DNA of 64,000 nt, from positions 62,001 through 126,000 of the forward strand of contig NW_026250428.1 in the NCBI RefSeq assembly GCF_024521635.1, given 5' to 3'. Shown here piece after piece: positions 1 through 13,718 of the stretch. The number at the start of each line of letters is the position of its first letter. Within the stretch, counting starts at the first letter, position 1. Source of the stretch: Tricharina praecox (taxonomy: Eukaryota). Below the pieces are notes generated by a model that had not been told where the DNA came from, did not search any database, and saw only the letters and a program-made list of their open reading frames with translations. A program made the position numbers and the translations under genes.

Positions 1-2836
1 GCGACAGGCGCCACCGAAACCACCAGAAGCATCAGCGGACAGAGTGCAGCGAGAAAATCAGGAAGCGAGAGGATGGTATGCACTTTTCAGAATGATTTCC
101 GGATTATCAGACAACATTCGGGATCCCCCCCCCTGCCCTCACTGTGGATGTTAGAACAGAGCAGAAACCCATTCGGACGAAATTTGACTTCCGAGACCCC
201 CGGTGCCGAGCCGGCGACATCCTCACTGTGAATATCCTCACAGAAGGAAACCCCATTCCGACAAGAGTTAGCCTCTGAGGCCACCGTGGTGTCTTCTATT
301 CCGTCCATGTCCGTAATCCATCTTATTTCTTGACTGGAACTTGCGAACCACTTCTTAGAGTCATGGAAATCATCTCGAAGGGTGGGGTGCAGCCGACGGA
401 GCGCAGTGGACGTGGCAGCATTCGTTAAGGCAATGCGGTTTCCAGGCGGACGTGAGTGACCATCGTTTCCCGACCCGAGAGCACTCCAATTCTACTGCTC
501 CTTTTCAGCACGTAATATCTTACGTCAACTCGGCCAACGATCGCCGTCACGCGACCTCGGCCGCTAAAATTTACCCCTCAACAGATCCCCTGTCATCACA
601 CGTGGAAAAACGTGATATTACTAGTCACTGTCGCTACCGAAATCCGGATCCATGTTACCGTAGATCATCTTCGGCTACACTAACGATTAGGCTTTAGGCC
701 TCCCAATCCCTGGATGTCAGCTCCTCGCTACCGATATCCCTTTCGATGTTCATCAAGTGCTCGAGCTACGGAACTGGGGGGCGTGGGAACAGGTGGGGTG
801 GAAGTAACTAGTGCGCAGGTTGCGATGTCGGGCTGATGTTGCGTGGGCTGTAGTACCTATGGTGGGGTGACTTCGGCTGAAGAATATTCACGATCCATCC
901 GATTTTGGTTCATGTTTCCAAAGTATGTACTCTTGGATGTCACAGACCCGATTGTCACTATGAAGAGCTCAATGGCGGCTTTTCGAGAATCGAATCGAGA
1001 GGTCGATGACGGGGATGAGTAAGCGCGCGCGGCGATTGCTCAGCAAAGGTCAATGCCTATTGACCGCTTCCGCTAGGTACTGTGGAACTTTAATCGATGC
1101 GCTTCTAGGCAGGAAAATGGCAACGTTTCATTTCGGTACTCGTCTTTCTATATTTTTCTATCCGTATTTTCGACTTCCTGCTAACTACTTTCTTTCCAGC
1201 ACCGTTGAAATCACCGTTGCGATACATCACATCAACACTTTCCCGCCGCCGGTGGTGAAGGCGGGAGTAGCTTTGACCCCGACTCGCAGGACATCGCGAG
1301 TCGCGCACGCTAAGGCCGTTGTTATCGCAATGTATCCAGACTACGCAACGACAGCAACGCATGTGGAAACCCCGCATGCAGCGTAAGCCGGACTTCTCAC
1401 TCCAGCTTGTTATCCAGCCTGCAGCGACAATTTTCTCGCTCGCCCGCATGCATGCATCGAAGATCTGGACCGCCTATACGCCCCACAAACCTGCTTGAGT
1501 CATTTATGGACGACGTTTGGGATACTACGTGATCTATTGAGGTGTGGAAGTGTGGAGGTATGCATATTGCCCGTGGTGGGATGGCAGTCTGGCGAAGTAT
1601 ATGCATACTAGTGGGGTGTAAGGTTATGGAGCTTCTGAGTGGACGCCACCGCCGCGACCGGCTGACGGAAACTATATGACGGACCGCGGGCGACGGGACA
1701 CGGCGAGCAGCACAAAAGGATCTTCGCATGGATGTCACTGGCGAGTTCTGATAGGGCTGATAGCGGGCTATGGGGAACGCTTGAGCCAAGTGGGCCTGGC
1801 TCGAGCGATCACAGTTGGGAGAGCGAGAGAGGTGGATTAATCGCGAGAATTGAGAGACTGTTCCGTATACCGTCGAATACTGTGCGTAAGCTTCCACGTA
1901 CCGTGACATGCGAGACGTGAAACGGAATGGTTGCCTCCACGTTGTCCGCACCGCCGAACTTGGGACCGCACTCCTAGAAAATGGATTGACTTGATACGCC
2001 ACGTTTATTGTCTCGCATCATTCGCAATCCCTGGGTTCGCACATCATTTACCAGCTCCGAGCAGACCACGAAATTGATTAACTTGAAAAACGACATTTAT
2101 TGCCTCCAATCATTCGCGATCCCCGAGCGCACATCACCTCATTCCGTCACCGCCAGCAGAAAATCCCGTACACACGCGGCAAATCCTGAAGAAAAGCTTC
2201 GAAATGGGAAAACAGAGAAGAAAACACTATCAGCTTGCAAAAAGACACCTGCTGCTTCCTAACTTCCCGTGTGATTTTACCGTTAATCATCACGATATGA
2301 AAGTTTTTGAAGCAAGCAATGCTGAGCGCATGGCGCCACAGAATCATGGACAAAAAAAGGACAGAAAAAAGCTACACAGAGAAATCAGTATTTTCGAATC
2401 TTCAAAAGCGTCGCACGAGAGGATCGCTATAGGTACATACCACTATATTCGGGAAAACAGAAGAAAAGATACTATGAGTATGGTTGATTTTCCGTGTGAT
2501 GTTTCTGTTAATCCGCACGATTAGGGGCTGTTCTGATCGCTGGGAAGCCAGAAATCCGGTACTCACGACAAAGTCCTCGAAAAGTGATGTTTTTTTCATT
2601 TCAAAGACGTTGCAGAAGAGAACCACCGTGATACTCGGGTGTGGAAAGATTTCGTTGCGACCGTCGCAGCGGTTTAGTAATGAAACCCACCCAAGAAGTA
2701 TCCTAAGACTAGCCGATATTAGTATCACGCTTCAAGTTTTGGAGAAGAGAAAAAACTGACCTGCAAACAAACACGTAATCGTCTACCCAGACACACAGAA
2801 CAAACACCAACGCCAAAAGCAACATCTCATCGAATA

Positions 2837-3967
2837 TTATACCACCATGCACAGTAAGAGCTTCCTAACCGGAGCCCAGTCATCATCGAGAAGAGACTTT
2901 GGAGCCAAGCTCTCAAACCTTCTTGCGCTTGTTATGTTTATACGAGCCTTCGGTAAGCTTGGAGTGACCATCTTCCACCTTCTTGAGCTTGGTCTGTCCC
3001 GCCGAGTCTTCGATGACTTTCGCGTCACTCTCTTTAACCTTCTTGTGTTTGTTGTGTTTATCCGAGCCTCCGGTAAGCTTGGATTGATTGTCTTCCACCT
3101 TCTTGGGCTTGGTCTGTCCCGCCGAGTCTTCGCCGACTTTCGCGTCACTCTCTTTAACCTTCTTTTGCTTGTCCCGTCTCTCCGAGTCTCGACCGACTTT
3201 TGCGTCACTCTCTTGAACCTTCTTGGGCTGCGCGTTCTGTCGATTAGAGTCTTCGGCAACTCTAGACGGTGCTGAATGACTCTTAACAGGCGTATCGGAC
3301 TTCGCAGCAGCCGGGGCAGGCTTCTTCCGTGCCTCTTCTCGCGGTGCTTCTTGAAATCGCTGCGCCACATCATCGTTTGGCCACACTCGGCTCAAGTGTA
3401 TGCCGCCAGTTTGGTATGGACACGGATGTGCGACGTGATCTGGTCCTGCTTCTTGGCACCGGTATAACCGCATGCCTGCCAAGAGCATTGCAGACACAGG
3501 TTCTTGTGGATTTTTCGTCCGATGTGCTCCTCGCAGATGTGGTCGTAAAGATCATCCGGGCTGTTGAATGTTTTAGCACAAGTCCCCCAATGACATCGTG
3601 AAGACATGGTGGCCTGGCTCTTGGTGGGGGCTGCGGCGGGTTGAGATGGCTGGGCGGATGCGGCGATCAACTGGGTGGCTGGTTGCGAGTTTCTTGATGA
3701 ATTTGGGATGGGTGGCTGCCCCTTCGCTTGCAGCTCCGGTTTTCCTTGCTCATCGGCTTCCTCTTCCTTGATAACCGGCTGCTTGTCGTTGATAAGCGGC
3801 TTCTTATCCTTGATAAGCGGCTTCTTATCGGCTTTTGACTGCCGTGCGGAGTTTGTTTGTTGTTGTGGGACTGTTGCTGGAGAAGCGACGGCGGCTATGT
3901 AGTTGTGAGATTGTCGGTGAAGGAGGGATGGGGTTGATGGAGTTGTGGGTTTGTCGGTGGAGGGCAT
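2837..3967 (-). pseudogene. pacC-like: PacC/Rim101-like three-C2H2 zinc-finger gene, disrupted
   Basis: ORF 3392..3967 encodes CHWGTC...LYDHICEEHIGRK...CSWQAC...DQITSHIRVH, matching PacC fingers 1-2. Reading through the TGA at 3392-3394 gives YT*AECGQTMMWRSDFKKHREKRH, i.e. finger 3 with the stop at its first Cys. The downstream tail is a K/E/D/S repeat in another frame or an R-rich ORF, not a PacC C-terminus. Confidence 0.75.
2915..3230. repeat. Tandem repeat with 120-bp period and 60-bp sub-period
   Basis: Repeated blocks aaccttctt...cgagtcttcg...cgcgtcactctcttt, encoding KKVKESDAKV.EDSAGQTK on the minus strand. Confidence 0.85.
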
Positions 3968-5204
3968 TTCGAGTTCGCCCTGTGTGCCGAACCGAGTCCG
4001 CCGAGTCTGCCAAGTCCGCCGAGTCTCGTCACATTCGCCGAAACGGAAATCCTTTGTCGAGTCCTCCTAGGCCCCAGCCTGCCGAGCCTGTTGAGAACGC
4101 CCCCTGCTGAGCCTGTTGGCACCCGCCTAGCCCGCCGATACCGGCCCTGCCCAGAAATTTTAAGAAGCCTGCTGCCACTGCTGCGTAACGCACGTTGACG
4201 GCTATAGGGGATTGCGTATTACGTTGTAGATTTAATTAGGAGGCTCCAGATCTTAGAGATCCTCATCCACGACCCCTCGGACGACCACGTCGGTTCCTCC
4301 TTATGGCTGTTTGTAAATGTGCATCATCACCACCATTACGAGGTGGTAACAGAATGATAGCTTTGGTTTACGAGGCGATAAAAATGGCCGGACAGGCAGT
4401 CTCTCATTCTTGACTATCGTCTTCGTAATCGTTTAAGACGCATTTGCAATTCCGCCAGATTTAACGAGTGATAATCCGCGCCGCTGTGGAGGAGAGGTTG
4501 GCTTCCGACAAGAGACTGTTGGGGATATGATTGTGTTCCGTTGCATAGAAGAAAGGGTGACACCTAGGCCTCTGGAATCCTTCTTGAGGCGCAGGGGGTG
4601 TAATTTGAACGTTGGCCGGACAATCTCGAATGATAATTCGTGCCGCTGGCCCGCTGTGGCTCGTTACCGATGCGTTGTCGACTCAGGAACTCGCTGTGGT
4701 GATGGCCTATACAAGGTATATCCCCAATTTTCATCTGAAAGCGGCACGATATAGGCGGCAATGGATGTCGAACTGGAAGGCTTTAGTCATGTCTGTAATT
4801 CTTGACCTGCTGGATCCCGATGATCCCTCAGGTCCCATCCCTTCTTTTACCAGTGCCTTTGTTGGCAGCAAGGGACCAAGGGTTTCATTTTCCATAACTT
4901 TGTACGGTACCTGAATTGCGTGTACTTTATCGGAGGCGTGTCCGTCCGGCAGTGAGATCGCCACTACAGCTGTAGCTTTGGTAGTATTTTCCTTCTCAAC
5001 ACGTGGACGAGGAATGACTGGACCCTGGTGACAGATACGCGTATCTTGATAGCTGTTGGAAGTGCTCTTGAAGTAGGTAGATAGGTGCACCATGAGAAAG
5101 AAGGAAACAAGAGTTTTGTTTGCAACACGGGTGGAATGATGGATTATGAAGTATTGAAAGAGTTGCGGTGATGTTGCTTCCAAAAGACTCTTCGGTGGGG
5201 TTTT

Positions 5205-5330
5205 AATCGGCGAGCCATATCGTTCGACCTCAAGAGTTCTGTCGGATTCTAATCTGCCAGCTACATGAGTCGACCTCTAGCATTCTGCCGGATTGTAATC
5301 GGCCAACCACATTGTTCGACCCCAAAATTT
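5205..5330. repeat. Degenerate 46-bp tandem repeat, about 2.7 copies
   Basis: Units aatc.gc...tcgacc... begin at 5205, 5251 and 5297. Confidence 0.7.
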
Positions 5331-6650
5331 TAGGAAGTGGTAGTCCGGACTGGAATATGGGGACTCGGGAGCACTGTCTATTATTCCAACGACCAACCTG
5401 AGAATCTCCACATTACATTACAATTTAGCCAGCAGGGATAGAACAATTCTCTCCGCGAAGTCTAGGGATTTGGATGGCCTACACGTGAAAACAATTATCC
5501 GGGCGAGTAATGTTGTGCCGTTCTTTTTAAACGCAGTCCAAGCGGCAGGGGGTTGAGCGATGCCGTCTGCTGTCCTAGCTGTCGGCTTCTGCCCCCCCTC
5601 CCCCTCTCTCTTTTCTTCTTCTTGTTTTTCTTTTCTTTCATCTCATCATCACCACCATCCAAGTGCCACCACAGCCGCCGGTGAGTCGAAAGCATTCCGT
5701 AATCCTGGGTTTTGATCCTGCCGAAGGTCTATTCCTCATTCTCTCGCCTTCTCGGCCGCGCATGCACACTCACTCGCCCGAACATTTCGATCTGTTTTTT
5801 TGTTTAATCATCATTGCATTCGAATTTAGTACTTGGATCATGGCAGAAGCATACCATCCGTTCCCACCTCGCTGTCACCGACCGTTGGTCGCGAGCTCGA
5901 TACGGATTCCCACACTTCGGAGAAGAGGAAAGCGTACATGCGTGCGCTTGCGTCTCTGATGGACACACACATATGTATGCAGATATCGAGGCATTTCTTA
6001 CTCGTACTCGTTACTTCGCGCAATACCTGCCAGCAGGTTCGACCCTGCTGCCAGCTACTTCTGGTTCAACACCACAATCCAATGATAAAGTGTACGCGCA
6101 TGTGGATCGGTGAGTGGGCGGGGCGGGAATCGCGGAGGGATGGCGGTAACCGGTTCAGGATGCTGTCTTGCTAAGAATTTTAGCAGTCTACTGTCTACTG
6201 CGGAGCTACATAGGGTCTGATGGCACCCTTCAATGCGAATGACACAACCGATAGCGCTCACGTACATTCTATGATCACTGTCACGTAGACGGTGTCACGT
6301 AGACGGGAGTGTAGTGTATGATGAGAATGATGATCATCAAGCTAGCTACAGAGAGAAAGACTATTGGTAGCTAGCCGGGCAACCGTCTGAGTAATCATAA
6401 CGAGTGACCATCCATGCGATGCGAGTGATTGTTAATACAACACCGGAACCCACGCCCTCAACAGGGGTTAGGGTGACAATCACTCCTGGATCCCTCCTTT
6501 GAATGCATTCAAGTACCTAGCCTCGGTTTGCCGGCTCGCATTATAAAAGCTCCCATCCACAACCCATCCATCATCCACCATTCAATCATTCACTCCTTCT
6601 CCAAGATTACACATCACCAAAGAGAACAATTACAGACTACAACAATCAAT

Positions 6651-7256
6651 ATGCAGATCAATTTGTGTATCCTCCCGATCCTCTCCACCATCGCCGCGGT
6701 GATTTCGGCTGCTCCATCCGGCATCCTTTCGCGCTCCGGTAGCGTCTCAGCCACGTCCAACAACACGCCTAACGAGCCCGCCGCCAAATACCACATGATC
6801 GAGTTCCTGCACTTCGAGATGCCGGGCGTCGATGACGCTATTACGCACCCGGAGCACAAACACGAGCCTGTGCCGGTCTTCTACCCAGACCCATCCTCTA
6901 ATAGTACCTTCAACTACTACACCTTGGCAGGCGGCGTGATTGGCAAGCTGGTCTGCGAGACCTCCTGGGCGTCTCCCACCTACGACGAGATCAGCCACGT
7001 CGTCTCAAAGATCTCCAAGATGGCGACGGATAAATGTAGTCAGGACAATGTTGGGGGAAGCAAGTGCACACGCTTGCAATGGTACAAGGGCGGTGAAATC
7101 TCGCTGTGTGGCAAGGTGGCAAATGGAATCCCTTGCCCCGCGGTTGCGTGGGCCGGCCAGGAGATTAGGAATAGGTGCGGAAATGACAGCATGCAGAGGG
7201 CTGGTGGTCACTTGGCCTTTGCGGATTCTCGTCACCTGAGGACTGTGATTCATTAG
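6651..7256 (+). CDS. Secreted 6-Cys effector-like protein (possibly Ecp2/Hce2- or KP4-like), 201 aa
   Basis: ATG 6651 starts a signal-peptide-like MQINLCILPILSTIAAVISAAP, with TATAAAA near 6542. C-terminal domain CETSWASPT..C..GGSKC..SLCG..C..C..RAGG is shared with the paralog at 47761-48363. Confidence 0.85.
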   Translation: MQINLCILPILSTIAAVISAAPSGILSRSGSVSATSNNTPNEPAAKYHMIEFLHFEMPGVDDAITHPEHKHEPVPVFYPDPSSNSTFNYYTLAGGVIGKLVCETSWASPTYDEISHVVSKISKMATDKCSQDNVGGSKCTRLQWYKGGEISLCGKVANGIPCPAVAWAGQEIRNRCGNDSMQRAGGHLAFADSRHLRTVIH

Positions 7257-9579
7257 ATGTGCTCTGAAAGCTGAGGGTGAAGGGCTGGTGGAGCGAGATT
7301 CAGAGGCCAATTCATTCTTCCGCTACATTCCTACCTTTCTATCTCGATGTGACCTGGTGCATGCTGTCTGACTGTAGTGTTGCCCCCCCAGTACTTCGTC
7401 ACGTTTGCGAAACGTGATTCTATGCCTCCTCGCTCTGATAGTTCTCGTACCTAAAGTGAATCCAGAGAATGTCATTGCAATATTGTTAGCCGTGAAGAAT
7501 TATAGGGAACGATGACCTCAGCCGGATTGTTCCACCCTCCTCTAGAGGTATCTAGATTCGGCAGACGAAAGCGCTCTATATATGCGACCTTGAATTGGGT
7601 ATTATCGTAGTGATTTCCGAGATCTCCTACACTGCACTCTCTTCCAAAGATCACGCCTCCGACCTGGAGGAGTGTTGGCCTACGAACCGCTCGCAAAACT
7701 AATGTAAGATACTTACAGGTGTTTCTAAGTTCTTACTTGTGTTTACGTAGAACAAGACTAATCAACAGCCCCGATATTCTCCACACATAACCTTCCCTTA
7801 TCTCGATGCAATCCCTAATCATGATTCTTCGAAGTGAACAGCTGCTTACATAACCCACTCAAAAAACAAAACCCGGCCGGAGCCCCCGCCCTGTCTTGAC
7901 GAACAAAGGAAAGTAGAGGCACAGTACTGAGTCCATTCCATTGATTTACCGGTTCTCAACTAACCGGCTGTTTGAATCCTTTGTTTTCGGCTCATTGAGA
8001 AGGGCCTTTCCTGTACATACCTCCTTTTTTTTGTCACTCGAACTAGTTCGAAGCGAACTCTTTGTTCATGCATTCCTGTCAGTCTTCCCCGACAGTGTGG
8101 TTCTTTCTTTTCCTTCACCGACACCCCAGGTTTGTTCTCCCACAACGTCTACCTTCTGAGTGCATGCTGTGGTTCTGTCACTTCCGGCCACACTCGATAC
8201 CTAGCCCACCCTCAGCTCCAACTGCAGGGAAACCTGATACGCCGATAAAAATTACAGAGGACTGGATGCCATCTTCCGCCGTGTATCTATATACCCTTCA
8301 CCTCACGACGTAATAGTTGTCCCCAGAAAACCAACCCTCTTCCCGCCGGGGAAAACACAAATGAAAAACTACTACATACGGATTATCGAGCATCATCGCA
8401 ATAACGCTGCGAGGAGAGAGAGAGGATCCGGAGAGATGGGGAGGCAGCTAGCAACTTCCTGTTGGTTGAATGAACGCATCCGGGCCAGGAGATGGGACCG
8501 AGAATCAACGTCCCGTCAGGGACAGCAGCGATGCCAATGTATGGACCGGCAGACGATTAGTGACGAAGAAGGCGAACCCATGCCTGCCTGGCTGACTGGC
8601 TGGACGCACTCGCCACTTCCGACATGTCTACAATCCTGCTCTGTGGATGGCGGACCTGATAAAGCGAGCGAGGTGCTTGTTGGCTCCCCTAACCATGGTG
8701 CGGGACAGTAGTAATGTCGGAAGCGGTGCGTTCTTTCGAGCGCGGCAACTGAATACGAACTTGTGAGTGTAGCCTGTGAGGAAGGCTGGTCAAGAGAAAG
8801 CGGGTTGCGCGGTAGAGACCGCTACGCGCTGAAAACCTAGGAAAGAACCACCACTTCGCTGCGATGTAGATATTAGGATAAGAGCTAATGTAGCATGAAT
8901 TCAAGCGAAGAAGGAAATAAAGATCAAGTTGCGAGTCAAGAAGTCCCGGCAATCGCGGTAACGGCGGCTCCAGTTGTCTCGTTGTATTACTGGTGGCGGT
9001 CGGGGGTGTAGTCAGTGAGATGGGATTGGGCGGGACGGCTATTGCGGAATGGGACGATGAAGACGAGTATTCTGGAGAGGAATGGATTCGCGCAGCAGCT
9101 GCCGTGTGAAACACAATCGACTATTACTACAAATCCCAGAGATATCACTCGGAGCGGCGTTTTCCAAACAAGCACAAAATTTAGTCCCCGTATTTCGGAA
9201 GGAGTGCGGAAGAGACGCGAAATGGACTTAAGCAGAGGAGACATAGTTGGGGTGAGTCCAATATGATTTAGCTGGAGTGCATGCAATTTAGTGAGATATA
9301 AAATCTAAACGTTGGCGGTGCTTCGCTTTGTAGCGTGTCTTCGCCATGGCCCATGATCACGTGGCGATGCTAAAAGACAGCGTCAAGGCTTGCAACAAGC
9401 TGGCTCATGTGATCTGGGTTAAGATTGTGTCAAACTTTGGACGCCCGGAGACATTGGCTCTCATAAGGTTTCGGATTGAACACTTTAATCCCTATCAATT
9501 CTTTCTTTCTCCTCTTTCCTCCCACCCGACAATCGCGGATCACAGTGTCAGCGCTCCGTACGCCTGTCCTCCTCACTCG

Positions 9580-10870
9580 TGAAATGCGCACCATCGATAC
9601 CAGGGCCGAATCCACGCTGTACATCTGCAACTACGACTCGACCAAGATGCGCAACGGTCATAGCTACTACTCGCGGAAGAACCACATCACGATGTTCCTT
9701 ATTGGCGAAGACGCGCGCGAAATCGTACTCAGAACCGAAGATCCTCCCAATGCGAATGCCACGGCATAGGTAGTTACGAAAGTAGCGACAATGATCTACT
9801 CATCCATCGACAACAGCCTCCAAGACCGAAACGATCCCGACCGTATCTGGGAGATCAACGAGAAGCACAATACGGTCGCATCAAGTTTCGGCCGCATCAC
9901 TTTCCAGTCGCATCGACAGGCTCCTTTGCTTCCCCACTCCCGTCATGGAGGAAGATACCTCTGTCACCGTTTACATCTCCAGATTCATGAGTATCCGTCA
10001 CGAACTAGCTAATCCGATGAAGAGCCTCTCGGTTACCAAGAGTTCGACACGATTCCCCACCGCGCTGATGAGCGCATGCCGATGAGAGATCAGATGCGAT
10101 AACCTTACGGCCGGCACGGATGTGTGCGCACCTGTGTACCGTGGTACACATACTGACAGGTGGATCTGGGTGGAAGAGCCATCGGATTCTGCAGATCCGG
10201 TGAGCTACCGGGAGGCTATTGAGCATCTGGGGCTCGACCTGAAGTAGTCTGGAGCAGATGGATGTGGTCACTGCCTTCCTGAACCCAGAGGTGGAGGGCA
10301 GTGTCTACATGGCCATGTCGGAGGGCATCCGCGAGCCGACTGACTGGAACTGACGTCATGTCGGAGACCTGAGAAACTCTTTATACAGACTGAAGCAACC
10401 TCCCCACTTCTGGTATCAACATATTGACGAGTTTCTCAGATCTCTCTGACTCCGCCGATGCGAGTGTGATCCCCTCTGCGGAACGGGTAACTGTACCCAA
10501 GAATCATCTCCACGCCAAATACAGTGTGACAGATCTTGGTCCTGCGCGCTGCTTTCTCGGAGTCGAAATCGAGCGAGACGGAACGAACCGAACCCTACGT
10601 ATCCACCAACAGCTCCTCATTCGAAGCTCCCAGCTACCTATACCTTCTGTTATCTGCGCAACACGGCCGATCTGGTCATCCAGTACAAAACCGCAGACAC
10701 CATGAACCTCCCTGTCGGCTATACAGACTCAGACTTTGCTGGAGACTCAAACTTTGCCGGAGACGCAAACTTTGCCGGAGACTCCGACGACCGAACGTTG
10801 ACATACGGCGATGTCTTCACCTTGGCCGGACCGGGTATCACGTCCCAGCGCGCTCGGAAGCAACCCCCTG
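9580..10870 (+). mobile_element. Ty1/copia retrotransposon relic, heavily deleted
   Basis: Gag-like HITMFLIGEDAREIVLRTEDPP at 9.7 kb; RT fragments QMDVVTAFLNPEVEGSVYM (~10255) and YSVTDLGPARCFLGVEIERD; RNase H start VGYTDSDFAGD. Many stops and frameshifts; LTRs not identified. Confidence 0.85.
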
Positions 10871-11176
10871 GTCGCCGTCTCCGTTGGAAGCATGTTCATG
10901 GGCTAGGTCTTGTACGGCGGGACACAGGGGAAGTGGATTCTGTGGAAGCTTCTAGTAAACCACGTGGCAAGCGGTGGAAAGAAGGTCCTTTTACTCTCCC
11001 TCGCTTTGGAGGTACACTCTTTGATATCTGGGTTGGCAAAACAGAATGGATATTCGCTGAGTTGTCATGGTGAGGATACACGTGTGTTGGTGATTTCGGT
11101 GCGGTTTTGTTACTGGTCATTATGGCGTTTTTTTCTAAAGCTAACCCATTCGTAGTGAAAATTATGCCTCCTACTT

Positions 11177-12981
11177 CTACTCCTCCTCCGCCTCCTCTTC
11201 CGCCTCTGTCGGCTCCGTGTTCTCCTCATCCTCGTGTTCCGTCACCACAATAGTCTCGGACTCGGATTTCCCCTCGGTTCCTGTGTTTTCATTGGCGGCG
11301 ATTCGATGGCTACTATTTGACACTGAGGCATTGTACAACCCTAATCTGTACGGCGGCCGGCCAAAAGACTTCTCCAGTGCCGCATTCATATCCATTTCCT
11401 TTATTGTCTACGGAACCCGGCCAAACGTTTTCTCAAGTGCCTTGTTCACCGCCGATTTCTTTATTGTCAGCGGTAGCTGACCAAAAGTCTTCTTCAGTGC
11501 CTTCTCTATCGCCGTCTTCTCCTCCGACAGCTGAAGCTCCCCGAATGTTTTTTTCACGGCCTTCTCTATTGTCGCCTTTGATATCGGTTGGGACGACTTC
11601 CCAAACTTCCTCTTCAATGCCGCCTCTAAAGCTCGCTGGGTGTTTGCTCTATTGTCGACATCGCCCATGACGGCTCCTCTAGGCTGCTTAGGCGCATCCG
11701 TCGGACCGAGCTTCCGAGTACTGGACCACCTCTTTCTACGTAGTCTTTTTCTTCTTCTGCTTTTTCGCCAAACTGTGCTTGCGAATAATTCTTGGCTGAA
11801 CCTCTCCGTGATCTTGTAGAGTCATCAACATCTCGGTCTACACTCCCCGGACTAGGTGGATAATCCGGGGGAACAATTATGACTGTCGGCTGGAACTTTA
11901 CACTCCTGCGCACTAACTTCGCACTCCTGCGCGCTAACCTTTTATCTTTCTTCCGTTGAGCCTCTAGGAGAATCGTTCGCCAGGGCTTCTTCTTCCTTCG
12001 GAGCTCATCTTCCAAATCGCTGTCAACTTTGGTGAATTGGTATCCAACCTCCTCCTCGGGTGGTGCATCAGCTTTCAACTCTCCTTCTATATCGGTGTCG
12101 ACTTTGGTGGACTCGTATCCATCCTCTTTCTCGGGCGGCACGTCCGCTTCCGTCTGTTCTAGCACGTTCCCCTCCGCTTCTTCCGTGTCTGCTTCTTTCG
12201 TATCCCCTTCTTTGGTGTCCGCTTCTTCAACTAGCGCTTCTATGTCCACGTCTTTCGTTTTCTCCACCAACCTGCGTGATAGCGCCCGATTTTCCTCCCA
12301 CGCGGTCCCAAACCACCTGGTGCGTCCGGTACGCAACCGATCAGTGGCCACCCTCGCCACCAACTGTATCGCCATGATGACCAGCAGCAGAGTGAACATG
12401 TGAATAACACAATCTTTGCCGACCGTACACCCAACGCCGTACCCAAAGACTTTCAATGCTTGCAATACGAACACCATCAACATTGTAATGTGCCCCGTCG
12501 GATCCTCCCACCAACTACGTAGGCGCGGACGAGGGAGGATCCACATGCTAAAAATCAGTGTAGTGGTTACTAATACCATCTGTTTCGTGAGGACAGGCCC
12601 GGGGGTGCTGGTGGGAAGAATATGGGTGATGATTTGGTGGCAGAGGGAGAATACCGACTGGGCGGTGTAGGCCCGCACGCCGTTCAACCAGTGGACGATA
12701 TCGTCGGTTGCGCAAATAAGCCAGCCCGCAATGAGGTCGGGCGGGCGGCGCAGTGCGCTTCGGAGAACGTACTCCGTGATTTGGACGCATCTCCAGATCG
12801 AACGCCCCAACGACTGGATCCAGTCCAGAATATTCAGGGCTCCATGCTTGACCAGTCGCAGCGGGTATTTGCAAGTAACGAAAACAATGGTCTTAATTAT
12901 TAATTTGCAAAATCTTCTGCATCGGCCCTTATTCTTGCTGGGCCTTCGGGAGGTGTTCGTGGGTGTTGTCGTTTTGTCCAT
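11177..12981 (-). pseudogene. Membrane/acidic hypothetical protein gene with an ALEKTFG repeat tail, disrupted
   Basis: ORF from ATG 12981 has several hydrophobic segments followed by an acidic region. A second frame, open from ~11820, carries five (A/I)xxA(L/V)(E/K)K(T/S)FG-like repeats across 11408..11668 and 11177..11395, which share a frame and are separated by one TAG at 11408-11410. Confidence 0.55.
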
Positions 12982-13718
12982 CTTTTTGAAGCTGTGGTTA
13001 GTCACACTTCGTGGTAGGTTAGGGGTTTCCAAAAAAAAATTGAAATCGCGGTTCGAGGTGATGTTGGTGTTTTATCGGGGTGAGATGGACGGTCATCATG
13101 AGTGCGTACTATCACTAGGTCTTTCAGAGTGACTCTTGTACTTACCTATTGCAACCATTGGAGTCCATCGATTTTGCGGCCAGGAGGATGTCACTCGCGA
13201 TGATGATGTAATGTCAGACACCCAATGATATTGGAGAATCACATGGTTACACCACTGATAATGAATAGAAATAGTAGGAATACAGAGAAATGGACGGCAC
13301 ATTTATTCTTCAACTCTATCTACCATGTCTGGAGGCCCAAACAACCGTCCCCGAGAAACAATCGGCACCCGCGGTCGAAAAATCCAAGCGAATCCTGACT
13401 AGTTTTATCCACCTTTTTGTACGGTTCGGTATCCCCAGTCAGCCGTCCTATGTCGCTCACATACATTAGACGATCATGATGAACCGCGGAAATCCGACCC
13501 CAAAGAAAGCAGCATTCAACCGGATCGACCATCAAGTGCCACCAACCCCAACTATTGGGGCGTAATAATAACAGTCCTGGTAGACTCACTCCCCCTCCGA
13601 CGTATTTTCATACAGCTTTCCTGTCGGTCATACTAATAACATCAGTGCAAGTAGAGGATCTTCCGCCTCAGAAGAATCCAGGATCGATATCTTCGAAACT
13701 TCCGACCGATCGATAACT

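Noticed and set aside
1105..1449. RING-like pattern CMRGFHMRC...W...CPASR (also CPVCR near 52385)
   Set aside because: The ligand set is incomplete and no gene model could be built; at most decayed relics.
3392..3394. Selenocysteine recoding of the TGA at a Cys position
   Set aside because: Ascomycetes are not known to have Sec machinery, no SECIS was recognised, and the gene appears to have a second lesion.
4162..4185. Short inverted similarity to 3303-3326 around the PacC-like gene
   Set aside because: Only ~24 bp with mismatches, one copy is inside coding sequence, and there is no target-site duplication.
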